A DNA stretch of 64,000 nucleotides from an uncultured delta proteobacterium. GTDB lineage: Bacteria; Desulfobacterota; Binatia; UBA9968. Shown piece by piece: positions 9,340 to 19,391 of the stretch. How positions within the stretch are numbered: the stretch's first letter is position 1; the number at the start of each line of letters is the position of its first letter. Position numbers and translations under genes: made by a program. The stretch is taken from NCBI GenBank assembly GCA_963737905.1, contig CAVTUQ010000010.1, forward strand, positions 64,001 to 128,000. Reading direction: 5' to 3'. The notes beneath the pieces are model-generated. The model was given only the letters and a program-made list of their open reading frames with translations. It did not search any database and was not told where the DNA came from.

Positions 9340-11340
9340 TTAAGGTTCCCAACTCCAATTTCTTTCCTCATCGACAACCGTGACCGGCTCGAGCAGGTCT
9401 TCTGAAATACCCTCGATGAATTGAGAGGGACGAGACAGGACCATGCGTAGCCCGCGGTCGAAGATCTTGATCGGATAGCTGATGAAAAGATTTTCTTTGG
9501 CCCGCGTGGCCGCGACATACAAGAGCCGGCGCTCTTCTTCGAGTTCCTCGTCCGTGTTGATATTGTAGAAGGAGGGAAATCTTCCCTCCAAAGCCCAGAT
9601 GATGAAGACGGAATGCCATTCCAGCCCCTTCGCCGAATGGACCGTCGAAAGGATGAGCGGGCCCTCGTCGGGATTCACAGCCAAGACGCCGGCGACACTA
9701 TCGTTAGGGGGTTCGAGCGCCATGTCAGCCAATAGACGCTCCAGGCTGCGATAGCGGTCGGTGATTCCCTGAAAGTGCTCCAGGTCACGAAGCCGCTTCG
9801 GGTGATCATCCGGATGGGTTCGCTTGAGGATCGGCGCGTAATACTGCATGAGGTATTGGGTCTGCTCTGCGGGACGTTCCGCTTGCGCCGCGTATTGTAG
9901 GACCTGAGCCAGGGTTTTGAGCTCGTGGGCAATCCTCGCCTTGGCTTGAAAGGTGCGCAACCGTTCGATGGGTTGGCTTCCTTGCAGGAGCCAGCTCGTG
10001 ATCTTCTGGCTCATTTGCGGTCCGACTCCTTCCAGGAGCAGCAAAACCCGGTTCCATGAAATCGTGTCCTGTGGATTGGCCAGGACGCGCAAATGGGCCA
10101 AGAGGTCCTTAATGTGGGTGGTCTCCATAAACTGAAAGCCGCCGCGCTTGATGAACGGAATATTGTGCCGCGCCAGCTCCAGTTCCAAGTCGAATGAATG
10201 GAAGCTCGATCGAAACAAGACCGCGATGTCCCAGAGCGGCACGCCTTCCTCGCGCAGCTCCAAGATCTTCTGACAGACGAAACGGGACTGCATTTGTTCG
10301 CTCTCGGCCTGGACCAGAACGGGGGTCTCGCCTTCTTGTTTGTGGGTAAAGAGTCGCTTGTCATAGCGCTCCTTGGCCCGCTGGATGATATTATTGGTCA
10401 AATTCAAAATGGGCTGCGTGCTGCGATAGTTTTCTTCAAGTTTGATGATGCGAGTTTCCGGAAACGCCTCGGGAAAATCCATGATGTTGCGGAAATCGGC
10501 GCCCCGAAATGAGTAGATACTCTGCGCATCGTCGCCCACGACGGCCACGTTGTTGTGCGTGGCGGCCAACAAGCGGATAATCCGGGCTTGAAGATAATTG
10601 GTGTCCTGGTATTCGTCGACCATGATGAACTGGTAAATCTGGGAAAGACGGCGGCGGATCTCTTCCTGATTACTAAGCAGACCCTTCAGCTTGGTTAAAA
10701 GGTCGTCGTAGTCGAGGAGTGCTTTGGTGGTTTTGTAATCGACGTAACGCTCATAGAGCCGCAGCAGCTCTTCCAGTGAATCATAGAGATGAGGGTACTC
10801 TCGCTCCAGCAAATCCGGCACGGTGATTTGTTTGTTGACGGCCATACTGAATATTTCCGCGACCGTCTGCTTGCGTGGAAACCGCCGGTCTTTGGAATTG
10901 AGGCCCATCTCGGTTCGCAGCAGCTGAATCGCGTCCTCGCTATCCGACCGGTCCATAATGGTAAAGGAAGGAGAGAGACCGTCCCGCCGGCCGAACTGGC
11001 GCAACACCAGGTTGGCGAACGAATGAAAAGTTCCTCCCGCGACTTGCGTGCAGCGGTTATCGATCAGCAGGCTAGCGCGCCGCAGCATCTCCTCGGCAGC
11101 CCGGCGAGTGAAGGTCAGCAGTAAAATGGAACGGGGATCAACACCGATATCGATAAGATGCGCAACGCGATAAACCAAGGTGCGGGTCTTGCCGGTGCCG
11201 GCGCCGGCGATGATCAGCAACGGTCCCTCGACCGTCGTCGCCGCTTGGTACTGAGCGTGGTTGAGCTCTTTACGATAATCGAGGCTTGAGGGACGATGTG
11301 GGGAGAGAGTTGTATTTTTGAGAATGTACTGTTTCGTCAA
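9340..11340 (-). CDS. UvrD/PcrA/Rep-family ATP-dependent helicase
   Basis: AGAGTGKT, VDEYQDTN, VGDDAQSIYSFRGA, ENYRST, TVHSAKGLEW, EEERRLLYVAATRA. Confidence 0.95.
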   Translation of the reverse strand: MTKQYILKNTTLSPHRPSSLDYRKELNHAQYQAATTVEGPLLIIAGAGTGKTRTLVYRVAHLIDIGVDPRSILLLTFTRRAAEEMLRRASLLIDNRCTQVAGGTFHSFANLVLRQFGRRDGLSPSFTIMDRSDSEDAIQLLRTEMGLNSKDRRFPRKQTVAEIFSMAVNKQITVPDLLEREYPHLYDSLEELLRLYERYVDYKTTKALLDYDDLLTKLKGLLSNQEEIRRRLSQIYQFIMVDEYQDTNYLQARIIRLLAATHNNVAVVGDDAQSIYSFRGADFRNIMDFPEAFPETRIIKLEENYRSTQPILNLTNNIIQRAKERYDKRLFTHKQEGETPVLVQAESEQMQSRFVCQKILELREEGVPLWDIAVLFRSSFHSFDLELELARHNIPFIKRGGFQFMETTHIKDLLAHLRVLANPQDTISWNRVLLLLEGVGPQMSQKITSWLLQGSQPIERLRTFQAKARIAHELKTLAQVLQYAAQAERPAEQTQYLMQYYAPILKRTHPDDHPKRLRDLEHFQGITDRYRSLERLLADMALEPPNDSVAGVLAVNPDEGPLILSTVHSAKGLEWHSVFIIWALEGRFPSFYNINTDEELEEERRLLYVAATRAKENLFISYPIKIFDRGLRMVLSRPSQFIEGISEDLLEPVTVVDEERNWSWEP

Positions 11341-11511
11341 TGGGGCTCCAGTTGCAGGTTAAATTACCTATTTTCCCGGAATCCGGCAAGGGATGAGCGG
11401 CGACTATTAAATATGGAGGGTGACCGAAGAGGGACGAGGGTGCACCGAATTATAAGAGGCCAGGATGTTTCGTGTTGTTAGCCGTGTAATCTATGATAGC
11501 CTTGTAGCATC

Positions 11512-12193
11512 GTGAAATCGGTACCGAAGCGCCGCTCGCCGGCACACTTCTGGTGGTGGACTTGCAGCTTGATGGTCGTGCTGGCTCTGGTCAAATCCCA
11601 TCCGGCCAATGGCCAGATGAAGGTCCAAGAGTATTACGACCGGGACTACGGCTATGTGTTTCAATATCCCATGCAGTTGGAAGCTCCAGCGGTTGCCAGA
11701 GGGCGATGCCAACAAGGACATTCGGCTCTTGCTTCAGGGACCAGAGGGAAGCGACTTCATGGTGGTCGTCGATAAAACAAAAACAACCCTTGAGAAAACC
11801 GACTTCGAAAACGGTTCCGAGCGAGCACAGCGCGTCGACGCGCTGATGCAACAAACGATTGCCCAGATTTACCAATCGATCTCAGAGGACATCAAAGCGG
11901 TGAGCATGAAGGTCGGCGAGCGCCGTGACCTCTCTAATGAATTCGGGATCAAATTTTATATTGCGACCCTCAATGAGATGAAAAACGGGAAACCGATTAT
12001 TGTGGCCGGAATTCATGCTTTCCCCTTCAACAAGGATTACTCCGTTAACTTCACCATGACCACGTTTTACGACCCGGCGGCGACCCAGGAGAACCAAACA
12101 CTGACAGATGTCTTTAACTCATTCCGATTGATCGGAGAGCCTCCAACGGGCAACAGCGAGGTAAAGCCTCCCGCAGATAAAGAACCCCGCTAA
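11512..12193 (+). CDS. Secreted PsbP/DcrB-like hypothetical protein (1-bp frameshift near 11668)
   Basis: Signal peptide plus YYDRDYGYVFQYP joins CSWKLQ... if one C of CCC is removed. The Y..F.YP..W pattern is typical of PsbP-like folds. Confidence 0.6.
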
Positions 12194-12212
12194 TTAATAA
12201 CGGTTCGTCTCT

Positions 12213-12875
12213 TCAGTTCGACGGCACGGCCGACGGCCTCTGCGCTGTCGGGTTGGGCACAAAAATCAGGAAAGATTGCCGGTCAAGAAAGTTGAACTCG
12301 TTTTGCAATCTGTAGCCCGCTTGCTCCATCTCTCTTTTGATAAATTCGCTAGGCGTGTAGTGCTTCCACAAGCCGTCCAGCCATCCCCTGCGATCGAATT
12401 CGACAATGGCGATCCGGCCGTTTGGGCGGAGATATTTCCGTAGGTTGGTAAGATAGCTTACGCGGTTATCGATATGATGATAGGTATTACTGGTAAAGAT
12501 GAGATCGACCCCAGGGGAGGGCAGCAAGGGATCGTCTGGTTTAGCGAGAATCACTTCAATGTTTCCAACCCCATCCTTCCTTGCCCGTTGTGCGACCAAA
12601 TCGTTCATCTCTTCGTCGACATCAACGGCGTAGACTTTGCCCTGGGGACCGACGGCCTTGGCAAGTGAAAAGACAAAATAACCACCGCCGGATCCGATGT
12701 CGGCAACCCGGTCTCCCGGACGGATCCGAAGTGATTCGATGACCCGGTCCCGCTGCTGCCATTGATCCCGGCTGAAGCCTTCGTAGGCGCACTGCTTCAG
12801 CCGCGCGCAGCCGACAATGAGAAAAAGGATCAGCAGCTGAACTTTGATTAGCTTCGTGGCGCGCGGGAGCGTCAT
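12213..12875 (-). CDS. Class I SAM-dependent methyltransferase with lipoprotein-like signal
   Basis: VADIGSGGGYF, VYAVDV, LRPNGRIAIVEF; N-terminal LFLIVGC. Confidence 0.88.
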   Translation of the reverse strand: MTLPRATKLIKVQLLILFLIVGCARLKQCAYEGFSRDQWQQRDRVIESLRIRPGDRVADIGSGGGYFVFSLAKAVGPQGKVYAVDVDEEMNDLVAQRARKDGVGNIEVILAKPDDPLLPSPGVDLIFTSNTYHHIDNRVSYLTNLRKYLRPNGRIAIVEFDRRGWLDGLWKHYTPSEFIKREMEQAGYRLQNEFNFLDRQSFLIFVPNPTAQRPSAVPSN

Positions 12876-12896
12876 TAGAAGAGTCGCCGGGGTAAG

Positions 12897-13286
12897 TTAG
12901 TGCTGTGATTCAGTTTTCCGGGCGAGGTTTTCGAGAGCTTTTTTGACTTTTTGGCGCAGTTCCACAACGTCGAAGGGTTTGCCGATGAAATCGAATGCGC
13001 CGAAATCCATAGCCTTGGCGGCCAATTGCTGGGAATTCACTCCGGTGAGCATGATGACTTCGCAGCTAGGGTGAATCGTTTTGATCTGTCTCAGGATCTC
13101 GATGCCGTCGGTTTTCGGCATGAGAATATCGAGCAATACCACCTGGGGTCTTTCCTCTCGGACTTTACTGATTGCCGCATCCACCGACGCCGCTTCCAGC
13201 AAGCGATATTCTTTGCAAAAAACCATTTTGAGGGATTCGCGGACCCCCACTTCATCGTCGACTGCCAGTAACAGCGGTGAACTCAT
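12897..13286 (-). CDS. Stand-alone response regulator receiver protein
   Basis: AVDDE, LLDILMP..DG, MLTG, KPF; no output domain. Confidence 0.88.
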   Translation of the reverse strand: MSSPLLLAVDDEVGVRESLKMVFCKEYRLLEAASVDAAISKVREERPQVVLLDILMPKTDGIEILRQIKTIHPSCEVIMLTGVNSQQLAAKAMDFGAFDFIGKPFDVVELRQKVKKALENLARKTESQH

Positions 13287-13551
13287 GGAATCTAAGCAGC
13301 TTAAGCTAGCTGAGACTGATTGCAATTGGTTGCTTAAGTTAATGTGTCACTAAGTCGGCGACCTCGCAAGGGGAAAATTCGCTATGCGAAATAATTACCT
13401 AAAGCACATTGTTTGGGAAGGAGGTGATCGACTTCCGTGGAATGCAGAATCGTGCACCCGGCCCGAGGATTTTCCGTTTGGAAGATCCACCGAGGCAATA
13501 TCAAAGCAGGTTTGCGACTACGAGCGTTAAATCTTTAGAACCCCTCGTTTG

Positions 13552-14736
13552 TTATCGCCGGACAGCCAGTTCTGCACAGCGCGGAGAGTCAGCCGCATGA
13601 CGCGAGCAGTCTCGGGCGATATCCTCGATGGGTTTATCAAAAAAGGTCCGTAAGTACTGAATGCTCACTGCAAAGCAATGTTCGCGATCGGCACTGTTGG
13701 CGAACGCGGCGCAAAAAGGCATGGCATAGCGGCCGTCCCAGGTATTGTCCACCAGCGCATAGACCACCCCCTCCATGCAGGCAAAACGATTGTTGTCATG
13801 GACCCGCTCGCAGGCTTGAGCGACGGGTCGGGGTTGCCCGGTGCGCGCTTCGTTGGAAAGATCGCGTCCGATGGAAACTGTGCAAGCCACTCGATAAGCT
13901 CCGGCTTTTGCGCACTCTTGAAGCATTTGTTCCGTAGAAAGCCCCATTTCCATCATCCTCGAGGTTTGCATCATGTAACATTCCTGCCGATACTGGTCGG
14001 GCAGCTGGTTGCAGGGAGCGTGGTAATCCGTAGGACTGAAGTTCTTTTTTTCATTCGTTGCGTTGGAGACATTTTCCATGAATACGCCACCGTAACAAGA
14101 ACTCCGGCTCCAGTCGTCGTCGAGCGCATCGCAAATATCCAGTGATGATTCCAGCTGATAAGCGGAAAAAAACAGGATCGCATGACCGAGTCCGTGCAGG
14201 CACTGATAGCGCAATCTTAAGGGCGTGTTGGAATCACAGGCGGCGGTCGCTTTTTGTTTCAGCTCTGCTTGGCTGGGGTGCTTATAGGTTTCCGAATAGA
14301 TGTCGTCGCCGCGGAGAAAGCGTTCCACCGAACCATGATAGCAACCAGAGTGGCAGGTCTGGTCGCAGGCGGAAAAAGAGTCGTGAATATTGCCCTTGAG
14401 CCGAAACGTCTCCCGACCGATGGCATGGACGACGGGATGACAGTCGCGCCGCAACTCAGGGTCCTCCGCTTCAAAACGCTGAATCAATTGGAGCACCTCG
14501 GCGGTTGTGTGGTTCTCGAAGGCCTCGCGAAAAAGATGATCAAGGCATTCCGTACTGCGAGATTTTTTGAGGCAATCCTTCATGGCTTCCAAAGACGGCA
14601 GACCGGCATCTGTTTTATTTGCGGGACGTTGATCGGTCTCCTGAGCCTGGATCACAAACGGAGCCAAGCATACGATTAGGCCAAACAAAAAAAATAAACT
14701 CTTATCAATGAATATGGCGGAACGAAAATTACCCAC
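13552..14736 (-). CDS. Secreted Cys/His-rich repeat hypothetical protein
   Basis: Signal peptide; motifs CHPVVHAIG, CHSGCYHG, CLHGLGH, CYGGVFME; about 20 Cys. RBS GGAGG precedes the GTG start. Confidence 0.75.
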   Translation of the reverse strand: MGNFRSAIFIDKSLFFLFGLIVCLAPFVIQAQETDQRPANKTDAGLPSLEAMKDCLKKSRSTECLDHLFREAFENHTTAEVLQLIQRFEAEDPELRRDCHPVVHAIGRETFRLKGNIHDSFSACDQTCHSGCYHGSVERFLRGDDIYSETYKHPSQAELKQKATAACDSNTPLRLRYQCLHGLGHAILFFSAYQLESSLDICDALDDDWSRSSCYGGVFMENVSNATNEKKNFSPTDYHAPCNQLPDQYRQECYMMQTSRMMEMGLSTEQMLQECAKAGAYRVACTVSIGRDLSNEARTGQPRPVAQACERVHDNNRFACMEGVVYALVDNTWDGRYAMPFCAAFANSADREHCFAVSIQYLRTFFDKPIEDIARDCSRHAADSPRCAELAVRR

Positions 14737-14954
14737 CAGGCATCCTCCCAGTTATTGCGGAGCATTCTAGCGAAAAGTGGCTCGAGGCGCAATTATTTGA
14801 TAGGCTCGCGGCGCGAAAATGGTATCATGAATGGAGACTCGTCATTCCGTCAACCATTGAGCCGGAGGAATTACCGTCACCAGATTGTGTTTGCGAGCGT
14901 TTTCTGAATTAATTGTCAGAGTTTTTCATCGTCTAAAGAGAGCCGAGAGTCGGG

Positions 14955-15809
14955 ATGAAAAAGAGATTTTTGTCTTTTGCTTGGATTGGCGTCATTTTTT
15001 TAGTGGGGTCCGCCGTGCCCGCCGGTCAACCGATAGTCAACTCACCCACGCCGGAGAAAGTACCCGTCTATCAGCCAAAGCACTACCCCTTCGACGGAGG
15101 CGAGAGGGCCGTTTACAGGGCGAGCTGGAACGGTATTCCCGTGGCCACCGCAGAGATCTCTACGACTTCTCAGATAATCGATGGCAAGAAATTCTACAGC
15201 GTTCGTGTCGAGGCCAAGACATCGGCAATACTCGACTTAATTTGGAAAATGCGCGATACGATCACTTCAACCATCGAGGCCAAGGCGCTAGCACCGACCC
15301 GGTTTACCTTTAGTCAAAGGGAGAACCGAAAGGTCATCGATACTGAAGCCAAGTTCGATCCCAGGACGAAAAAATGGTCGGTTCATCGTGACGAACGACG
15401 CAAGATAAAGAAATACGAATTCGATCAGCCGCCCAATACCATCGACCCGATCACCGCCGTTTACCTGGCGCGGAGTCAGGATTTGAGGGTTGGCGATCAC
15501 CTTTACTTCAATATCTTCGGGGGAAAGTATCGTTATTTGCTGGATTTGGAAGTCGAGCGGCGAGAGAAAATCCAGATCGCGTCCGGTAGGATCGATGCCT
15601 TCAAGATTGTTCCGCGGATCCAAAACCTTATGAAGCACGGTTACGCGCAAAGAATGAATGACGCTTCGGTTTGGATCTCCGCGGATGAGAGACGCATTCC
15701 CGTCATGCTCAGCAGTAAGATTTTCGTCGGAAACGTCTACATGGAAAGGATCGAAGACGAGATTGGGAACCAAGCGGCGGAAGTTCGGCATCCCGATCAT
15801 TCAAGCTAG
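14955..15809 (+). CDS. DUF3108-like secreted protein
   Basis: Signal peptide, PF..GE...Y...W.GI, DPITAVY..R, WIS.DERRIPV pattern. Confidence 0.75.
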   Translation: MKKRFLSFAWIGVIFLVGSAVPAGQPIVNSPTPEKVPVYQPKHYPFDGGERAVYRASWNGIPVATAEISTTSQIIDGKKFYSVRVEAKTSAILDLIWKMRDTITSTIEAKALAPTRFTFSQRENRKVIDTEAKFDPRTKKWSVHRDERRKIKKYEFDQPPNTIDPITAVYLARSQDLRVGDHLYFNIFGGKYRYLLDLEVERREKIQIASGRIDAFKIVPRIQNLMKHGYAQRMNDASVWISADERRIPVMLSSKIFVGNVYMERIEDEIGNQAAEVRHPDHSS

Positions 15810-16082
15810 CCATCCGGATGCAAGGTATTTCAATCGTTAGATTTATAGGGACAGAAGGCAATGTCCGTTAGCGAAACTCGATCGATCCTTCTCTTGCTCT
15901 TGCCCGCCCGGTCCTCTTCGATTGTTTCCTGGCGGTTTCCGCCGCGGCCCGGCTAAACGCCAAAAAAAGCTGACGGAATAGTTTGTCGTCCGAGACCTGA
16001 ACACTGACATCTGGTTTCTGTGCCGGTGTCAGTAAACGAAGCTCCTGCCCGGTCGTCTAACGGGCAAAGGAGGATGTTCACG

Positions 16083-16448
16083 ATGAACATCAAATCCGGG
16101 GCGACCAAACAGGCAATCGGCATGATCGCTGGTGCGGCCCTGATCGGGACGCTAGTTGCGGGATGTGCCGGCGGGCCTATTACGACGCGGGAAAAGGGGG
16201 CGGGTATCGGGGCTCTCGGCGGCGCGGCAGTTGGCGGGCTGATCGGCTCCGCTGTCCGGCATCCCGCTTTAGGCGCAGCCATCGGAGGGGGTCTTGGTTT
16301 GGGCGCAGGTGCTTTAATCGGCGATCAATTGCAAGGGCGTGAAAACCAAGCTTGGGAGCAAGATCAACAAATCTACAGGAATCAGCAAGACATTTCGCGG
16401 CAGCGCCAAGAATTGGAAGATCTCCGGCGCCGGGGACCGGAATATTAG
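16083..16448 (+). CDS. Glycine-zipper lipoprotein
   Basis: LVAGC lipobox, TTREKGAGIGALGGAAVGGLIG...GALIGDQ, Gln-rich tail; RBS AAGGAGG. Confidence 0.85.
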   Translation: MNIKSGATKQAIGMIAGAALIGTLVAGCAGGPITTREKGAGIGALGGAAVGGLIGSAVRHPALGAAIGGGLGLGAGALIGDQLQGRENQAWEQDQQIYRNQQDISRQRQELEDLRRRGPEY

Positions 16449-16453
16449 GTTTT

Positions 16454-16608
16454 TAGGGACTTCAGGCATTTCTGTGAAGTAGGACTCGGAAATTGTACCG
16501 CGAAGGCGCGGAGGACGCGGAGTAAAGAGTTCTTGAGTAAGAAATGCTCCGATCTCTGCGAACTCGGCGCCTCTGTGGTGAAACTTCTTCACAGAAAACC
16601 CGGGAATA
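16454..16608 (+). repeat. MITE-like dispersed hairpin element, copy 2
   Basis: TA-GGGACTTCAGGCATTTCTGTGAAG...CTTCACAGAAAACCCGGGAA-TA, homologous to 5604-5757. Confidence 0.8.
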
Positions 16609-16630
16609 ACCGTTTTTTAAAGAGACGCCT

Positions 16631-16753
16631 ATGTGGGCTGCGATACGCAAAAACTGGGACTACCTGGCTCTCACGTTTCTACTCGGAGTGTACCTGACGG
16701 GCGCGGTTGCTGTGGCCATTATCTTGATACTGACGCTGTCTCAGACGTTTTGA
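16631..16753 (+). CDS. 40-aa single-TM small protein (not in ORF track)
   Basis: MWAAIRKNWDYLALTFLLGVYLTGAVAVAIILILTLSQTF*; purine-rich AAGAG upstream. Confidence 0.6.
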   Translation: MWAAIRKNWDYLALTFLLGVYLTGAVAVAIILILTLSQTF

Positions 16754-16782
16754 CCGGCCATTCAATTCTCTAACAACTATCA

Positions 16783-17397
16783 TTACTCGCTGGATTCATG
16801 ATTCGGGGACTTGGCTGCATGTTCAACGAGTTGCTCAAGCTCCTCATAGGGCTGCGCTCCGACCATGAGATAGCGCCCCGCGAGGAAAGTCGGCACGGCG
16901 TTCACACCGACGGCGGCGCAGCGGCGCCAGTCATTATCAACGGCCTCTTTGAAGCTGCGACCTATGAGAACGTCGGTTGCTTCGTCGGCCGGAAGGCTGA
17001 CTTCCTTGGCAATCTCCACGAGGGGCTCTACTTGCCCGATATTTTTTACATCGACAAAATAGGCTCGGAAGAGCGCCGAGTGTATCTCGTCCCCTTTCCC
17101 TTTGCTTTCGGCCCATTTTGAAAGTTCCTGCGCCAGCCGGCTGTTGTAGGACATGTTGCGCTCGGTGTTATACGGGAGCCCCTCGCGGTCCATGTTCACT
17201 TTCATGCGCTGATTTCTTGCGACGATTTCGGGTCCCCTCATGCTCCCCTCCACCGGAGTCTCAGGATGAAGCGGGAATTGCGTGAACTTGGTCGTCAGAT
17301 CGTAATTCGCTTTGAGTTTCTCGACACGCCCGGTGACGAGATAGCACCATGGTCAAACAAAGTCTGAAAAGATTTCGAGAACGAGTGGCTCGGACAT
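16783..17397 (-). CDS. DsbA/FrnE-family thiol oxidoreductase, predicted selenoprotein (UPWC)
   Basis: RBS GGAGGG and ATG 17397 give MSEPLVLEIFSDFV-TGA-PWCYLVTGRVEKLK...FPLHPETP, in frame with ORF 16783-17253, which has the cis-Pro motif AVPTF and GAQP. Confidence 0.88.
17318..17341 (-). promoter_or_regulatory. Putative bacterial SECIS hairpin
   Basis: Minus strand TCTCG-T-CAC-CGGGC-GTG-T-CGAGA starts 11 nt after the UGA, with a G-containing loop about 20 nt downstream of it. Confidence 0.6.
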
Positions 17398-17470
17398 AAT
17401 CCCTCCGTTTTCAGCTGTGTTTCTCGGATAATCAGGATTCTACTGTTCCTGGTTGGCCGAAGTCAAAGGG

Positions 17471-18028
17471 CTATCGTTGTTTTGTGAGCTCAAGCTGAGG
17501 CGAAGTCGGATAGAAGATCTTTGTCCCCTTTGGCGTTGCGAATGGCGGCAAGTGATGCTCGTGACAGCCATCGTCCAGAATATGACGTACAGAAAAGCCG
17601 CGAACTAGAAACGCATCGGCCAGAAGCTGCCGATGGCAGCGCCACGGCACGGCCTCGGCGCACATGATGGCGATCCGTTTGCTCGCCACGAGCTGTTCCA
17701 TTTCTTGCATAATTTTTTCGAATCCAGGCGTGAGCATAAAATCCGCGTAGGCGCGAAATGCGCCTACTTTCCAAGCCGTGTTCTGAGAATCACTAGATGG
17801 CTGTCGGAACCCGCCGAGATCTTCCCGCCAGAGGTAATCGAGGTTCTCGTTGCGCAAATATTCGACCAACGCCTCTTGGCGAAAATGCGGATAACGGCGC
17901 GAGGAGGGCCAGCGGCGCACATCGACGAGCAGTTCAATGCCATGAGCCTTCAGAAGCGCTGTGAAATTCTCAATGGTTCTTGTGGAATGGCCGATGGTAT
18001 GAACGGTGCTTGGCAAGTTGGAATTCAT
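17471..18028 (-). CDS. DUF488 family protein
   Basis: TIGHSTR, LVDVRRWP.SRR.PHF, MCAEAVPWRCHR. Confidence 0.9.
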   Translation of the reverse strand: MNSNLPSTVHTIGHSTRTIENFTALLKAHGIELLVDVRRWPSSRRYPHFRQEALVEYLRNENLDYLWREDLGGFRQPSSDSQNTAWKVGAFRAYADFMLTPGFEKIMQEMEQLVASKRIAIMCAEAVPWRCHRQLLADAFLVRGFSVRHILDDGCHEHHLPPFATPKGTKIFYPTSPQLELTKQR

Positions 18029-18106
18029 AGGATTTATCTTTGGCCTCATTACCAAAATAGCCGAATCCTAGCTGATCGCAACGGAAGGGGATGCTATGAT
18101 CGCGCC

Positions 18107-19322
18107 ATGTTTCGTTCCGTGCCGCTGACGCTTTTTTGGTTCGTCTACATGGGTTCTGTGGGGATCGTGCTGCCATACTACAGCCTTTATCTCAAGGAGA
18201 ACGCCGGCTTGTCGGGAACGGAGTTGGGTTGGGTCCTGGCCACCCTCCCGCTCGTGAGCATCGTCGTGCAGCCCTTCTGGGGACACGTCGCAGATCGAAC
18301 CGGCGCCCGCAGCCGCATCGTGGTCGTTCTCTCCATTGGAACGGCGCTCGGCTACCTCGCCCTCGCTGCGGCCGGAGGTTTTTGGGCCATCTTGTTTGCT
18401 ACGGCGGCGATGGCGGTTTTCGGGGCCGCTGTGCTGCCTATCACCGTTTCCGTGAGTCTGGCAATCCTCCGCGACGCTGGACCCCATGCTTTCGGCTTCG
18501 TGCGTGTTTGGGGCACCATTGGATATTTTGTCTTGATTGTGAGTTTTCCTTGGATTCTGGAAAGCTATCAGGCAGCTCGAGGGTTTTCACCGCCAAAAGG
18601 CGGGGCTACCGAGCCGGGATTGGGGATCATGTTTGTTGTCACCGCCGTCCTCGCCGCGATATCAGCGCTGGTCGGCTTTTTTTCTGCCCCGGCAAGGTAT
18701 TGTCTCCATGCGCGCTGCGCGCGGCGATTGGCGTATGCTCTTGGGCAATCGCGCCTACATTCGTTTTCTTCTCTTCTCATTTGCGGCATATCTTCTATCG
18801 CAGGGACCGATGTGGCTGTTTCCGATTTTCGTTCGCTCGCGCGGCGGCGATATCGAGACGATTCGCAACATGTGGGTTTATATGCTTGTCGTCGAGATTC
18901 CGCTGGTGCTGGCCTCGGGGAGTGGCTTACAGCGCCTCGGCGCCCGCGGGTTACTCGGGGTCGGCGTTGTCGTGGGTGGACTACGTTGGCTTCTTTGCGC
19001 TTTTATCAACGACCTGCACCTTCTCTCACTCGTGCAGACCCTTCACGGCGTGACGGTAGTGGGTCTCCTCATGGGCGGCCCGCTTTATCTCGACGTCGTG
19101 GCGCCGGAAAAATTGCGCTCCACAGCTCAAGCGCTCCTGTCCATGGTCGGGGTCGGAATCGCAGGGATTGTATCGAATCTTGGGTCGGGGTGGTTGTTGG
19201 ATGCCGCAGGAATCAATGCACTCTACGCGGCGACGGGGATCGGTTCGGCTCTTCTGGGTTGCCTTGTCTGGTGGATACTGCCTGCGCCCAAGCGCGCGGG
19301 AAGCGGATCAACTTGCAATTGA
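18107..19322 (+). CDS. MFS transporter (1-bp frameshift in T7 run 18677-18683)
   Basis: MFRSVPLTLFWFVY...WGHVADRTG...FGFVRVWGTIGY. Removing one T joins the C-terminal ORF 18633-19322. Confidence 0.85.
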
Positions 19323-19391
19323 CGTGATGCCCGTTTATACGAGATCATAATTGCTAGAACCAAGTCGCACAATATTTGGGAGCAACGTCAC

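Noticed and set aside
9340-11340. UvrD helicase as part of an anti-phage system
   Set aside because: No nuclease or defence partner nearby; the context is housekeeping (trmJ, spermidine-synthase-like gene).
13418-13429. GATCACCTCCTT on the minus strand as a 16S rRNA 3' end
   Set aside because: No flanking rRNA-like sequence; it is just an SD-type motif.
17633-19327. 564-aa ORF as a novel fusion protein
   Set aside because: The N-terminal part is antisense to the DUF488 gene and the C-terminal part is out-of-frame read-through after the T7 indel. The real gene is the MFS at 18107-19322.
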